Assembly (NCBI GenBank): GCA_963784605.1
Contig: CAWARW010000021.1
Coordinates: 809-64,808, forward strand
DNA from: an uncultured Alphaproteobacteria bacterium
Lineage (GTDB): Bacteria; Pseudomonadota; Alphaproteobacteria; Rhizobiales; Kaistiaceae
DNA length: 64,000 nucleotides
Reading direction: 5' to 3'
Below the pieces are notes generated by a model. The model had not been told where the DNA came from and searched no databases. It saw only the letters and a list, made by a program, of their open reading frames with translations. Below are positions 11,300-23,626 of this stretch, piece after piece. How positions within the stretch are numbered: the first letter of the stretch is position 1; every line of letters begins with the position of its first letter. The position numbers and the translations under genes were made by a program.

Positions 11300-11429
11300 G
11301 CTTCGCCGCGCGAGATATTTCGCCGGCAAAGTATTCCGCCGGCGTGGCAATTCACAGCCGGCAGAATTGTGTCGCTTCCATTGCGAAGACGCTATACTGC
11401 GCCCCGAACCAAACACCGAGGGGGTTCGC

Positions 11430-11627
11430 ATGGACGATTTTCAGGGCACCATCTACGCGCCGCCCAAAGAGGGACTGCCGTTTCTGGTCGTGACGTTCAC
11501 CAAGGACGGCATCTCGACGCAGGCCGCGCAGACGCGCTCCGAAGCGCGCGTCCTGTTGAGCCGCGATCGCCTCCGCCGCACCAGGTTCGAATCCGGAATC
11601 GATGGCTTGACCGACGGCAAGGCGTAA
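11430..11627 (+). CDS. Hypothetical small protein (65 aa)
   Basis: ATG 11430 is preceded by gaggggg. Third codon positions are GC-rich like neighbouring genes. I recognise no family. Confidence 0.4.
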   Translation: MDDFQGTIYAPPKEGLPFLVVTFTKDGISTQAAQTRSEARVLLSRDRLRRTRFESGIDGLTDGKA

Positions 11628-11673
11628 CGACGGGCGACGGCGGCCGGCCCGCCGGCTCACGCAGTGCTCCGGC

Positions 11674-11871
11674 TCATGCGGTGCTGTTGTCGGGTTGCGA
11701 ATCTTCCCTGAGGACGACCGCGCCACAGCGCAGGCAGACGAAGCGATCGTAGTCCGGCAGAGTCGGAACGGTCTTCTCGCCGATCATCGCCGTCCTGCAC
11801 ACCGGGCAGGGAATCGGATAGCGCCGCCGCGTGTTGTCGTTTTCCACCGGTCCCCACCTGTGCTCCACCAT
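11674..11871 (-). CDS. Hypothetical small zinc-ribbon-like protein
   Basis: MVEHRWGP...CPVC...(20 aa)...CLRC forms two CxxC pairs. Coding-like GC3. The upstream GTG at 11892 is an alternative start. Confidence 0.4.
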   Translation of the reverse strand: MVEHRWGPVENDNTRRRYPIPCPVCRTAMIGEKTVPTLPDYDRFVCLRCGAVVLREDSQPDNSTA

Positions 11872-11991
11872 GCGTCGCGGCGATAAGCGCACAGGCGGCC
11901 GGTCCCTGTATTTGATCTAAATCAAAGGAACCTCGTGCTTCCGCCCCCGGGGCATCGTCTCCGAGGGCTGGACAAGCGAGCGTTTCGATGA

Positions 11992-12006
11992 GAACATAAG
12001 CAGAAC
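11992..12006 (+). promoter_or_regulatory. LexA (SOS) box upstream of ssb
   Basis: gaacataagcagaac matches GAAC-N7-GAAC exactly, about 100 nt upstream of the ssb ATG. The motif family is the one described for Rhizobiales and Rhodobacter SOS genes. Confidence 0.55.
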
Positions 12007-12107
12007 ATTGTGGAAAAGGTCCCGCTCCGCCCTTCGCCGCCGCGGCATAAGGACTAGGGTCCGCCAGAGGACCAATCGCGGGACAATCAGGACAGGAGAC
12101 AAGCGCC

Positions 12108-12602
12108 ATGGCCGGGAGCGTCAACAAGGTCATTCTCATCGGCAACCTGGGCGCCGACCCGGAAATCCGCCGCACCAACGACGGACGGCCGATCGCCAAT
12201 CTCCGCGTCGCCACCTCCGAGAACTGGCGCGACAAGGCGACCGGCGAGCGGCGCGAGAAGACCGAGTGGCACCGGGTGGTGATCTTCAACGAGGGGCTCT
12301 GCCGGATCGCCGAGCAGTATCTGCGCAAGGGCTCGAAGGTCTATCTCGAGGGCCAGCTGCAGACGCGCAAATGGCAGGATCAGTCCGGCCAGGATCGCTA
12401 TTCGACCGAGGTCGTGCTGCAGGGCTTCAACTCACAGCTGACCATGCTCGACGGGCGCGGCGACAGCGGCGCCGGTGCCGACCCCGGCGGCGACTTCGGC
12501 CGCGCCAGCCCGATGGAGAGCGAGCGCGGCGCGGGCCGTTCCGCCGGCCACTCGGGCGGCGCCTCGCTCGCCGAGGAACTCGACGACGACATCCCGTTCT
12601 AG
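12108..12602 (+). CDS. ssb: Single-stranded DNA-binding protein
   Basis: [19 protein letters not shown]...TEWHRVVIF is an OB fold. It has a Gly-rich linker and an acidic tail ending DDDIPF. Confidence 0.95.
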   Translation: MAGSVNKVILIGNLGADPEIRRTNDGRPIANLRVATSENWRDKATGERREKTEWHRVVIFNEGLCRIAEQYLRKGSKVYLEGQLQTRKWQDQSGQDRYSTEVVLQGFNSQLTMLDGRGDSGAGADPGGDFGRASPMESERGAGRSAGHSGGASLAEELDDDIPF

Positions 12603-12638
12603 GGCTTTCGCCGGAGCGGGCGCGCCGGGCGCGGCGGC

Positions 12639-13280
12639 TCAGCCCTGCGGCGTGCCGCCGCCGCTGGCAAACGTCATGATTCCGTCGGCGACGAACTGGA
12701 CGGAGAGGGCGGCGAGCAGCAGGCCGAGCAGGCGGCTGACGACGATCCGCCCGGTCTCGCCGAGCAGCCGTTCGGCACGGTTGGCCACCAGGAAGATGCC
12801 GAGGCAGGCGCCCACCATCAGCAGGATGATGATGATGAGCATGATCGTCCCCAAGGCCGACGGCGCGCGCGAGGCGAGCAGGATGGTCGCCGAGATGGCG
12901 CCCGGCCCGGAGATCAGCGGGATCGCCAGCGGGAAGACGGCAACGTGGCTGCTCTCCTCGCGGTTTGCGGCGTCCTGGGCGGCGTTGGTCTTGCGCGCCA
13001 TGCGCAGGCCGAAGATCATCTCGAAGGCGATGGCGAACAGCAGCAGGCCGCCGGAAATCCGGAAAGCGGCCAGTGAGATGCCGAGGAAGCCGATGAGCGG
13101 TTCGCCGATCAGCGCGAAGCCGACGAGCACGCCGGCCGCCACCGCGGAGGCCCGGTAGGCGGTCTGGCGCCGGGCGCTGCCGGCCATGCCCGTGGTGATC
13201 ACCACGAACACCGGTGCAAGACCGAGCGGATCGACGGTGACCAGCAGCGTCACCAGCGCACTCATGAGGTAGTCGAACAT
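12639..13280 (-). CDS. MarC family (UPF0056) integral membrane protein
   Basis: MFDYLMSALVTLLVTVDPLGLAPVF... is a polytopic membrane sequence. The upstream part of ORF 12639..13472 looks non-coding. Confidence 0.75.
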   Translation of the reverse strand: MFDYLMSALVTLLVTVDPLGLAPVFVVITTGMAGSARRQTAYRASAVAAGVLVGFALIGEPLIGFLGISLAAFRISGGLLLFAIAFEMIFGLRMARKTNAAQDAANREESSHVAVFPLAIPLISGPGAISATILLASRAPSALGTIMLIIIILLMVGACLGIFLVANRAERLLGETGRIVVSRLLGLLLAALSVQFVADGIMTFASGGGTPQG

Positions 13281-13470
13281 TGGAGCGGCTCCCGGGCCGC
13301 ATATGCTGCCAGCGCCGCGCGCCAAACGCCAGCGGTTCGGCGCCGCATCGCAAATTTGCCACGCTGTCCGGGAAGGGTCGCGTCCGGCCCGGGCGAAAGC
13401 TGTGACATCGGACACTTTCCCGAGGGCTGGCCGCAGGACTATGCAGGCGGCGCTTTTTCCGGAGACGCGC

Positions 13471-14790
13471 ATGCTCGACCGTGCTTACCGCAAGCGCCTT
13501 GCAGCAGACCTGCCCAAGTGGCGCGATGCCGGCTGGGTGACGTCCGACGGCGTCGCCGCCATTCTCGCCGCCGTGCCCACCGGGCGGGCGGCGTTCGGCC
13601 TCGCCACGGTCGTCGGCATGTTCGGCGGCCTCCTCGTCGGTCTCGGCGTCATCGCCTTCGTCGGTGCCAACTGGCAGGAGATCCCGCGGCTGGCCCGCCT
13701 CGGCCTGCTTGCCGCGAGCCTGGCGCTCGCCTACGGCGCGGCCGGGCTGCTCGGCCGGCGCAACCTGCGCGTCTTCGCCGAGGCGGCGCTGCTCATCGCC
13801 GGCCTCGTCTTTGCCGCGACCATCGCGCTGGTCGGCCAGAGCTATCATCTCAGCGGCGAATTCGCCGACGCCATCGTGCTGTGGCTGATCGGCATCTTCG
13901 CCGCCGCGGTGCTCACCGGCTCGCCGACCATGACGGCGCTCGGCATCATCGGCGGCGTCTTCTGGACCTACACCGTCCTCGACGATCTCAACATCGTCGG
14001 GCCGCACTGGGCCGGGCTCGCGCCGATCCTTGCTGGCGCCGCCATCGCCACGGTCATCGGCTCGCGCAACGACCGCCTGCTGTCGGTGCTCGCCTTCATC
14101 TTCTGGGTGGCGCTTGCCATCGGTTCGGCCAGCGACCTCTACAATTGGCCGTTCATCGGCGCGGTCATGCTCGGGATTTCGGCTGCCCTCTTGCTGTTCG
14201 CCGTCGGCGCCGTGCTGGCGAGCCTCGGCAACGAGCGCATCGCCGCGCTTGGCCGCGACATGCTGTGGCCGGCGCTGGTGGCGATCCTCGTCGGGCTGGG
14301 AATCGAACAGACGATCGGGCACCCCGCCGCCGGCGAGCGGACCATGGTGACGCTGGCCATCGTCACCGTCGCGGTCGCCGTTGCGCTGGCGGCCCTCGCC
14401 GCGGCGCGCAAGAGCCTCGCCGCGCTCGATGCCGGCGCCGTGGCGCTGCTCGGCGTGGCAGCCATCTTGTTCGCGCTCAACGTGCCCGCCGACGAGATGG
14501 TGGGGCGCATGGCGGGCGGCGTCATGGTGATCATCGCGGCCCTGTGGGCGGTCAATCTCGGCCAGACCGGCGTCGCCGGTTCCGGCAAATCCACCGGCCT
14601 GTTCGCGCTCGGCCTGGAGGTCGTCTACCTCTATGCGGTCACCTTCGGCTCGCTGATGAACACCGCGGTCGCCTTCCTGCTCGGCGGCGTCCTCTTCATC
14701 GTGCTGGCCTGGGGCCTCTACCGCCTCGATCGCCATCTCGCCCGGCAGGTCGCCGCCACGCCGGTTTCGTCTCCGGAGGTTGCGGCATGA
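13471..14790 (+). CDS. DUF2157-like polytopic membrane protein
   Basis: Starts at MLDRAYRKRLAADLPKWRDAGWV, followed by about 10 or more hydrophobic helices. ATG 13441 is an alternative start. The stop overlaps the next gene's ATG (ATGA at 14787). Confidence 0.6.
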   Translation: MLDRAYRKRLAADLPKWRDAGWVTSDGVAAILAAVPTGRAAFGLATVVGMFGGLLVGLGVIAFVGANWQEIPRLARLGLLAASLALAYGAAGLLGRRNLRVFAEAALLIAGLVFAATIALVGQSYHLSGEFADAIVLWLIGIFAAAVLTGSPTMTALGIIGGVFWTYTVLDDLNIVGPHWAGLAPILAGAAIATVIGSRNDRLLSVLAFIFWVALAIGSASDLYNWPFIGAVMLGISAALLLFAVGAVLASLGNERIAALGRDMLWPALVAILVGLGIEQTIGHPAAGERTMVTLAIVTVAVAVALAALAAARKSLAALDAGAVALLGVAAILFALNVPADEMVGRMAGGVMVIIAALWAVNLGQTGVAGSGKSTGLFALGLEVVYLYAVTFGSLMNTAVAFLLGGVLFIVLAWGLYRLDRHLARQVAATPVSSPEVAA

Positions 14791-15359
14791 AACGCTGGAT
14801 TCCCTTTGGCGCCGCGGTGGCCGTCGCCTTTCTCGTGCAGGCGGGGCTGGTCGGCTGGCTGATCGCCGACCGCGCGCTCCTGCTGCGGAGCGGACACGAG
14901 GTTCGTCTCGCCGTCGTGCCGGTCGATCCGCACGATCTTCTGCGCGGCGACTACATCGTGCTCTCCTACGATATCTCGCGGCTGCACAGCGGCCAGCTCG
15001 CCGGCGACGACACCTTCACCTACGGAGACACGGTCTACGTGACGCTGGCACAGGCCGATGACGGCGCCTGGAAGGCGGCGGCCATGGGCCATGCCCAACC
15101 GGCGACGGGCACCTGGATCAGAGGGGCGGTGAACGACGTCCTCGACGGCGCCAAGGATTGTGGCGAGACCTGCAAGACCTATGGCGTCGACTACGCCATC
15201 GAGCGGTTCTTCGTGCCCGAAGGCACCGGCCGCGATCTGGAGAAACTGCGCAACGGCCAGCACCTGGCGGTGGACGTTGCCCTCGGGTCCGACGGCCGAG
15301 CAGCGCTCAAGCGGCTCCTGGTCGACGGCGCCCCGCGCTATGAAGAGCCGCTGCTGTAG
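14787..15359 (+). CDS. GDYXXLXY domain-containing protein
   Basis: An N-terminal TM helix followed by the motif GDYIVLSY. Translationally coupled to the upstream membrane protein. Confidence 0.7.
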   Translation: MKRWIPFGAAVAVAFLVQAGLVGWLIADRALLLRSGHEVRLAVVPVDPHDLLRGDYIVLSYDISRLHSGQLAGDDTFTYGDTVYVTLAQADDGAWKAAAMGHAQPATGTWIRGAVNDVLDGAKDCGETCKTYGVDYAIERFFVPEGTGRDLEKLRNGQHLAVDVALGSDGRAALKRLLVDGAPRYEEPLL

Positions 15360-15398
15360 AGCCTCTTTCGACGTTCATCGCGCCGCTGCTGCGTCGGC

Positions 15399-15590
15399 TT
15401 AGGCGGCGTCGTCATCCGACGGCGGAGCAGCGTCCCCGGCGGGAGCATCGACAGCGTTCTCTTCGGGCTCAAACTCGCCCTTGCGGCGCGCGGCATCCTC
15501 TTCGCGCTTGCGCAGCTTCTCCTGCTTCTTCTGCTGCTTGGCACGGTCGCGCTCGCCGCGCGCCTGCCGGTAGTTTGGCTTGAACGGCAT
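15399..15590 (-). CDS. Hypothetical small, highly charged protein (63 aa)
   Basis: MPFKPNYRQARGERDRAKQQKKQEKLRKREEDAARRKGE... is a Lys/Arg/Glu-rich N-terminus with an acidic tail. No family assigned. Confidence 0.4.
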   Translation of the reverse strand: MPFKPNYRQARGERDRAKQQKKQEKLRKREEDAARRKGEFEPEENAVDAPAGDAAPPSDDDAA

Positions 15591-15630
15591 CGGCCGGTCC
15601 CCTTCGCTAGCTGGTTTCGCCGGGTGGCGA

Positions 15631-15662
15631 AAACAAAAAGCCCGGCGCCGAGGGCGCCGGGC
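15631..15662 (-). terminator. Intrinsic terminator of cold-shock gene copy 1
   Basis: A 10-bp stem gcccggcgcc/ggcgccgggc (15640-15662), followed on the minus strand by tttttgttt. Confidence 0.75.
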
Positions 15663-15691
15663 TCTTCAATCTATGAGGATTGCACTGGAGA

Positions 15692-15895
15692 TCAGGCTTC
15701 CTGAAGATTGGCGGCGTTGGTCTTGCCACGCTCGGTGACCACGTCGAAGCTGATCTTCTGGCCCTCGCGCAGCGTGGTCATGCCGGCGCGCTCGACGGCG
15801 GAGATGTGGACGAACACGTCCTTGGAGCCATCGCTCGGCTCGATGAAGCCGAAGCCCTTCTGGGTATTGAAGAATTTCACGGTGCCAGTAGGCAT
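15692..15895 (-). CDS. cspA: Cold-shock protein (CspA family), copy 1
   Basis: [34 protein letters not shown]... is 67 aa with RNP1 and RNP2 motifs. Confidence 0.95.
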   Translation of the reverse strand: MPTGTVKFFNTQKGFGFIEPSDGSKDVFVHISAVERAGMTTLREGQKISFDVVTERGKTNAANLQEA

Positions 15896-16072
15896 GTGGC
15901 GTACTTCCTTTTTTCGTGTAACGCGGCAACGCGTCGTTTTGCCGGCGACCATTCGCCGGCGGTCGTATCCGAGTTTCGCGTGACCTGAGGAAGCCCCCAC
16001 CGGGGGTAGCTGCAGCAAGGCAGAGCAAATCTGGAACGCCGTCCATATAGGCTTTGGCGGCGCAAATTGCAA
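15896..16072 (-). promoter_or_regulatory. Promoter plus long structured 5' UTR of csp copy 1
   Basis: On the minus strand: TTGCAA (16067-16072), a 17-bp spacer, then TATATG (16044-16049). The leader of about 140 nt contains hairpins (gccggcga-atgg-tcgccggc and acgcg-ttgc-cgcgt) and is nearly identical to the copy 2 leader. Confidence 0.6.
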
Positions 16073-16253
16073 TGAGCGGCGGCCGGAGGCCGCGTTTCGC
16101 GCGGGAAGCCGCAACCGCTTTGCTTGCCACGGAATGCGCAGGCGGCACGCGCTGAGGCAATTTTCGGCCGCGCCCCGTCAGACACGCGCCGCCTGGTGTC
16201 CCGGGTCGCCCGCCCGTGAACGATTCGGAAGCGTGTCGCACACGCGCGCGACC

Positions 16254-16284
16254 AAAAGAAAAGCCCGGCGCGTGAGCGCCGGGC
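16254..16284 (-). terminator. Intrinsic terminator of cold-shock gene copy 2
   Basis: Stem gcccggcgc/gcgccgggc (16263-16284), followed on the minus strand by ttttcttttgg. Confidence 0.75.
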
Positions 16285-16307
16285 TCGTCAGTCAGCTCAA
16301 GGTAGGC

Positions 16308-16511
16308 TCAGACGTTGTGCAGGTTGGCGGCGTTGGTCTTGCCACGCTCGCTGACCACGTCGTAGCTGAGCTTCTGGCCTTCGTTCAGCGTGCTCATGCC
16401 GGCGCTCTCGACGGCGGAAATGTGGACGAAGACGTCCTTCGATCCGTCGGTCGGCTCGATGAAGCCGAAGCCCTTCTGGGAATTGAAGAATTTCACGGTA
16501 CCAGTAGCCAT
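16308..16511 (-). CDS. cspA: Cold-shock protein (CspA family), copy 2
   Basis: [34 protein letters not shown]... is 67 aa and a tandem paralog of copy 1. Confidence 0.95.
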   Translation of the reverse strand: MATGTVKFFNSQKGFGFIEPTDGSKDVFVHISAVESAGMSTLNEGQKLSYDVVSERGKTNAANLHNV

Positions 16512-16689
16512 GTGGCGTACTTCCTTTTTCGTATAACGCGGCAACGCGTCCTTGTGGCCGGCGACCATTCGCCGGCCGTCGTATCCGAGTTTCGCGTTGA
16601 CTTGAGGAAGGGCCGATAAGGGCTAGCTGCAGCAAGGCAGAGCAAATCTGGAACGTCGTGCATATAGGCGCTGTCGGTTCACAAAGCAA
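16512..16689 (-). promoter_or_regulatory. Promoter plus long structured 5' UTR of csp copy 2
   Basis: On the minus strand: TTGCTT (16684-16689), a 17-bp spacer, then TATATG (16661-16666). The leader shares long identical blocks with copy 1 (gttccagatttgctctgccttgctgcagcta..., ...cgaaactcggatacgac..., ...gcgttgccgcgtta.acgaaaaa). Confidence 0.6.
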
Positions 16690-16760
16690 TGAAGCGCGAA
16701 AATCTGTCGGCGCCGGGCCGAAAATCTTGACACGCGAGCGACGCCGGACTGACCTCCGTC

Positions 16761-17534
16761 ATGGCCCGTGGACTCAAGCGACCGATCAACCTCCGCGCCC
16801 CTATCTGAAGCGCGTGTGGCTGGACGCGGAGAAGGTGCCGGAGGCGAGGACCTATCCGTTCTCGCTGCCGTTCCTCGGCGAGGACTTCGAACTGGCCTTC
16901 GACCGGCCGATCACGATCATCGTCGGCGAGAACGGCACCGGGAAATCGACGCTGCTCGAAGGCATCGCCGAACTGGCAGGGTTCGATCAGGCGGGCGGCG
17001 GCAAGGGCTATCGCCCGGTCGACCATTCCCGCGCGCTGGAAACGACCGGCGCATCGCTCGGGGCGGCGCTTCGCGCCTCATGGCTGCCGAAGCTCTCCAA
17101 CGGCTGGTTCTTCCGCGCCGAGAGCTTCTTCTCCGTCGCCCGCTATCTCGACGAGGCGGCGCGGGAGCCGCTGAGCGGACCGCCGCCGGACTTCCTCTCG
17201 CACTCGCACGGCGAGGGCTTCCTGCGCTTCTTCGCGGAGCGCTGCCACCGCCAGGGCCTGTTCATCTTCGACGAGCCGGAGGCGGCGCTCTCGCCCTCGC
17301 GGCAGATCGAATTCCTCAAGCTCATGCGGCGGATCGAGCAGTCCGGCATCGTCCAGGTGATCATGGCCACCCACGCGCCGATGCTGATGGCCTATCCGGG
17401 CGCGCGCCTGCTCCAACTCACCCGCGGCGGCCTGGCGCCGGTCGTCGGTCGAGGAGACCGACCACTTCCGCCTGATGCGGGAATTCTGGGCCGACCCGGA
17501 GGGGTTCGTCGCGGAGCGGCTGGAGGAGGAGTAG
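16761..17534 (+). pseudogene. Stand-alone AAA/ABC-type ATPase (COG3910-like), frameshifted as sequenced
   Basis: Walker A is GENGTGKST and Walker B is LFIFDEPEAALSP, both in the frame of ORF 16658... ATG 16761 (MARGLKRPINLRAP) joins that frame only via a shift at the cccc run around 16803. The C-terminus VEETDHFRLMREFWADPEGFVAERLEEE (stop 17532-17534) needs a second shift around 17445. Confidence 0.7.
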
Positions 17535-17739
17535 GGGAGGTTGGGCGCCGAGCCTGCGGATATCGGGCCGGTCAGCCGCAGGCGTAACCCTCCGCTGCGT
17601 CGGTCCGGTCCGTAAAGTGGCGGAATACGCTTTGCTCTTCCGCCCGACGGGCGGCACTCATCCGTTTCAACGTTCAGAACCGCTTGGTGCGGAAGCGGGA
17701 GATGACGTATCTGGCGTCGGTTCCGTGTATAACCCGCGA

Positions 17740-19513
17740 ATGGCTGAAGGGCGCAACAATCGGAGGCTCGCGGCGATCCTTGCGGCAGATGTGGCCGGGT
17801 ATAGCCGCCTCATGGGTGCCGACGAAGAAGGGACGATCGCGCGCCTGACAGCCCACCGGCGCGACATGTTCGATCCGGCCATTTCCCGGCATCGTGGCCG
17901 TATCGTCAAGACGACCGGCGACGGATTGCTGGCGGAGTTCGTGGAGCGTTGTCGATGCGGTCCGCTGCGCCGCCGAGGTCCAGTCCGGCATGGCCAAGCG
18001 CAACGACGCAGACGCCATTGGGACACGCCTCGAATTTCGCATCGGCATCAACGTTGGCGACATTGTCGAGCAGGACGACGACATTTTCGGCGACGGCGTC
18101 AACATAGCAGCCCGCCTGGAAGGGATCGCCGAGCCCGGCGGTATTTGCGTCTCGGCGCGCGTCCAGGAAGACGCTGCGGGAAAAGTCAAACTGACCTTCG
18201 AGGATATGGGCGAGCAGGTGCTCAAGAACATTGCGCGGCCGATTCGCGCCTATCGCCTGCGCCCGCAAGGCGACGTGAGTCCGGTCTCTTCCGCAGGTTC
18301 GCTGGCCGGCCTTCCCGACAAACCAGCGATCGCGGTTCTGCCGTTTACGAACATGAGCGCCGACGCGGAGCAGGACTATTTCGCCGATGGCATCGTCGAG
18401 GACATCATCACCGAACTCAGCCGCTTCAAATCCTTCGCGGTGGTCGCGCGCAATTCTTCCTTCGCCTACAAGGGCCGCGCCATTGACGTTCGGCAGGTGG
18501 CCGCGGACCTTGGCGTGCGCTACGTCCTTGAGGGCAGCGTTCGCCGCTCCGGCGAACGGCTCAGGATAACCGCCCAACTCATTGAGGCGACCGCACGAGC
18601 GCATCTTTGGGCGGACAGATACGATGGCGCCTTGAAAGATGTCTTCGACGTGCAGGACCGCATTACCGAAAGAGTGATCGGTGTCATCGAACCGCAGATC
18701 CGCCGCGCCGAAATCGAAAGATCGCGGCGGAAACGCCCGGAAAACCTGGATGCATACGATCGCTATCTGAGAGCACTGCCCAAAGTCTACTCCGCGCGCC
18801 CGGAAGACAATGCGGAGGCTTATGCGCAATTGATGCAGGTGGTCGCGCTTGAGCCGGACTATGGCGCCTTTCTCGCTATCGCCGCCTGGGCCCTCGAATT
18901 CCGCGTCGCCATGGGCTGGGCCAGCCTGACGGGCGACGACCGCGCGGCCTGTCTTGCGCTTGTCGACCGCGCCCTTGCCGCCGCTGAGGGAGACGCAACG
19001 GTACTGGCGCACTGCGGAGGGGCGCTGATTGCCATGGGGCGGGAATACGATCGTGGCATGCGGATCGTGGCCAATGCCGTCGAGGCGAATCCGAACAACG
19101 TGGTTGTGCTGACGGTCGCCGCCATTGCCAAGCTCCACTGCGGAAGTCTCGAGCAGTCGCTGGCGCACAGTCGGCGAGCGCTCCTGATGAGCCCGGGCGA
19201 TCCGACGGCGCATTGGGCGATGACGGCAATTGCGCATGCCCAGATGGTGCTCGGCAACTATGAGGAAGCCCTGAGCGCGGCCGAGCGTTCGCTGGCGGTC
19301 AATCCGAGTTTCACCGCGACCTACTGGATGCTGGTCGCGGCCAACGCGCAGCTCGGCCGGATGGACGAAGCGCGAGGCTGGCTCAAGAAGCTCCAGGCGG
19401 CCGTGCCGGGCATCACGATCGAAAGCATAAGGGCCGGGCAGCCGGCGAGAGACCCGTCGCGCATGGCGGCGATCCTCGACGGGTTGCGACGTGCCGGGCT
19501 GATGGAAGGCTGA
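17740..19513 (+). pseudogene. Class III adenylate/guanylate cyclase with C-terminal TPR-like regulatory region, frameshifted as sequenced
   Basis: RRLAAILAADVAGYSRLMG...KTTGDGLLAEF is in ORF 17617... It continues as VVDAVRCAAEVQ...RIGINVGDIV...GDGVNIAARLE in ORF 17894..19513, with a shift around 17940. The C-terminal half is helical-repeat. Confidence 0.8.
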
Positions 19514-19794
19514 AACGGCCGGCTCTACCGGAACCAGGTCCGCCCCGCCGGGGCGCGATCTCGGGCTTGGGCATCACGGGCATGTCCCGGTGATTCACGA
19601 AGCACCGTTGGCGCCAACAAAAAGACCTATACGACCGGACCTGACTCGGCCATGACGAAAAGGGCCGCAACTGAAGACCTAACCTCTTGTTATGAAGGGA
19701 TGTTTTCCTCCCGAAATATCTTCCCGCTCCCTTGCCCTTTGCCCCCTGAAACCCTAGATTTTCCCTAGCGTTTCAACCGATTCCCAGGACCGTT

Positions 19795-22548
<2,754 letters not shown>

Positions 22549-22791
22549 CCGGCCGGCCGCCCGGCGATCGTTACAATTGTAGCGATCCCGGCAAGGAATC
22601 CTTCAGCGGAATCGACGACACCCTTCTCCCAGGGGCGGGAGGGCGCTGCGCATGCGTGCCAGGGATGCAGGATCGAGGCCGCAATCAGCCGGTTTGCGGG
22701 CAATTGCGGTGCTCTTCGCGGTCGCCGCTAACCGAAAATTGACGACGGCCCCTAACCGAATTTTCGGCCATTCCGGCGAGCATGGAGCACG

Positions 22792-23607
22792 ATGAACAGA
22801 GCCGAGCCCAATTTCAGCCTTGCCGTCCGCTATCCCGTGCTGACGACGCTGGCAGTACTGGTGGCGGTCTCTGCGTTTTCCGAGGGCGTGGTCATCGCGG
22901 CGTTCGACACGAGCAGCATCAGGCTTTTCCCTCTGGCGCTCGTCCTGCCGCTGGCCATACCGGCGGTGATCGTTCCGGCGGTGGTCTACCCGCTGCTGCT
23001 GGCCATCCGCAGCCACCGTAAACTGCACGCCGAGCTCGAGCGCCAGGCGCACGTCGATGCGCTCACCGACCTCCCCAATCGCCGCGCCTTCTTCGAATTC
23101 GCGCGCTCGGTGGTGAAGCGCCAGACCATCGTCGGCACGCCGCTGGCGGCGATGATGCTCGATGTCGACCGGTTCAAGGTCATCAACGACAGCTTCGGCC
23201 ACGACCATGGCGACATGGTGCTGAAGCGCATCGCCGAGACGGTGCTGGCGGAGGTGACTGCCGCCAAGGCCCCGCGCTGGATCGTGGCGCGGCTGGGCGG
23301 CGAGGAGTTCATCGCGCTGGTCGACGGACTGGCGCCGAGCGCGATTGCCCGGCTGGCGCAGCGCATCTGCAACCAGGTGCATCGCAGCGTCGGCGCCGGC
23401 GAGCGGCTCGATCCGGTCACGGTCAGCGTCGGGGTCGCCTTTCGCATGCCGGGGCAGGGGATCGACAAGCTGCTCAAGGCGGCGGACGACGCCGTCTATG
23501 CCGCCAAGCGGGCCGGGCGCGACCGCTGGGCCTTCGCCTCCCAAAACGGTGCGCCACCCGACGTCTCCGAGGCACCGGCCAGCGTCACCATGCAGAAGGC
23601 GTCGTAA
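22792..23607 (+). CDS. Membrane-anchored diguanylate cyclase (GGDEF domain)
   Basis: Two to three N-terminal TM helices, then DALTDLPNRRAF...DVDRFKVINDSFGH..RLGGEEF. Confidence 0.85.
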   Translation: MNRAEPNFSLAVRYPVLTTLAVLVAVSAFSEGVVIAAFDTSSIRLFPLALVLPLAIPAVIVPAVVYPLLLAIRSHRKLHAELERQAHVDALTDLPNRRAFFEFARSVVKRQTIVGTPLAAMMLDVDRFKVINDSFGHDHGDMVLKRIAETVLAEVTAAKAPRWIVARLGGEEFIALVDGLAPSAIARLAQRICNQVHRSVGAGERLDPVTVSVGVAFRMPGQGIDKLLKAADDAVYAAKRAGRDRWAFASQNGAPPDVSEAPASVTMQKAS

Positions 23608-23626
23608 GCCGGCAGCCGCGCCGCGG

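Noticed and set aside
9344-11431. A 695-aa minus-strand ORF.
   Set aside because: It is antisense to the ligD ligase and polymerase domains, is low-complexity, and has no motifs.
11575-11600. A ggttcgaatcc T-loop-like motif that suggested a tRNA.
   Set aside because: The flanking bases do not form a T stem (ccagg versus ccgga) or an acceptor stem. The motif also lies inside a coding-like small ORF.
12427-14736. A 769-aa minus-strand ORF, plus the 13356..15359 plus-strand 667-aa ORF.
   Set aside because: The first is antisense or out of frame relative to marC and the DUF2157-like gene. In the second, only the last 190 codons (the GDYXXLXY protein) look like real protein, and the rest is Arg/Pro/Gly nonsense.
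16761-19513. The stand-alone ATPase next to a class III nucleotide cyclase, considered as a possible cyclic-nucleotide (Pycsar/CBASS-like) defence pair.
   Set aside because: The cyclase carries the long TPR-type regulatory extension typical of the many housekeeping rhizobial Cya paralogs. No effector gene (TIR, TM or nuclease) is present. The two genes are separated by about 200 nt, and composition is native.
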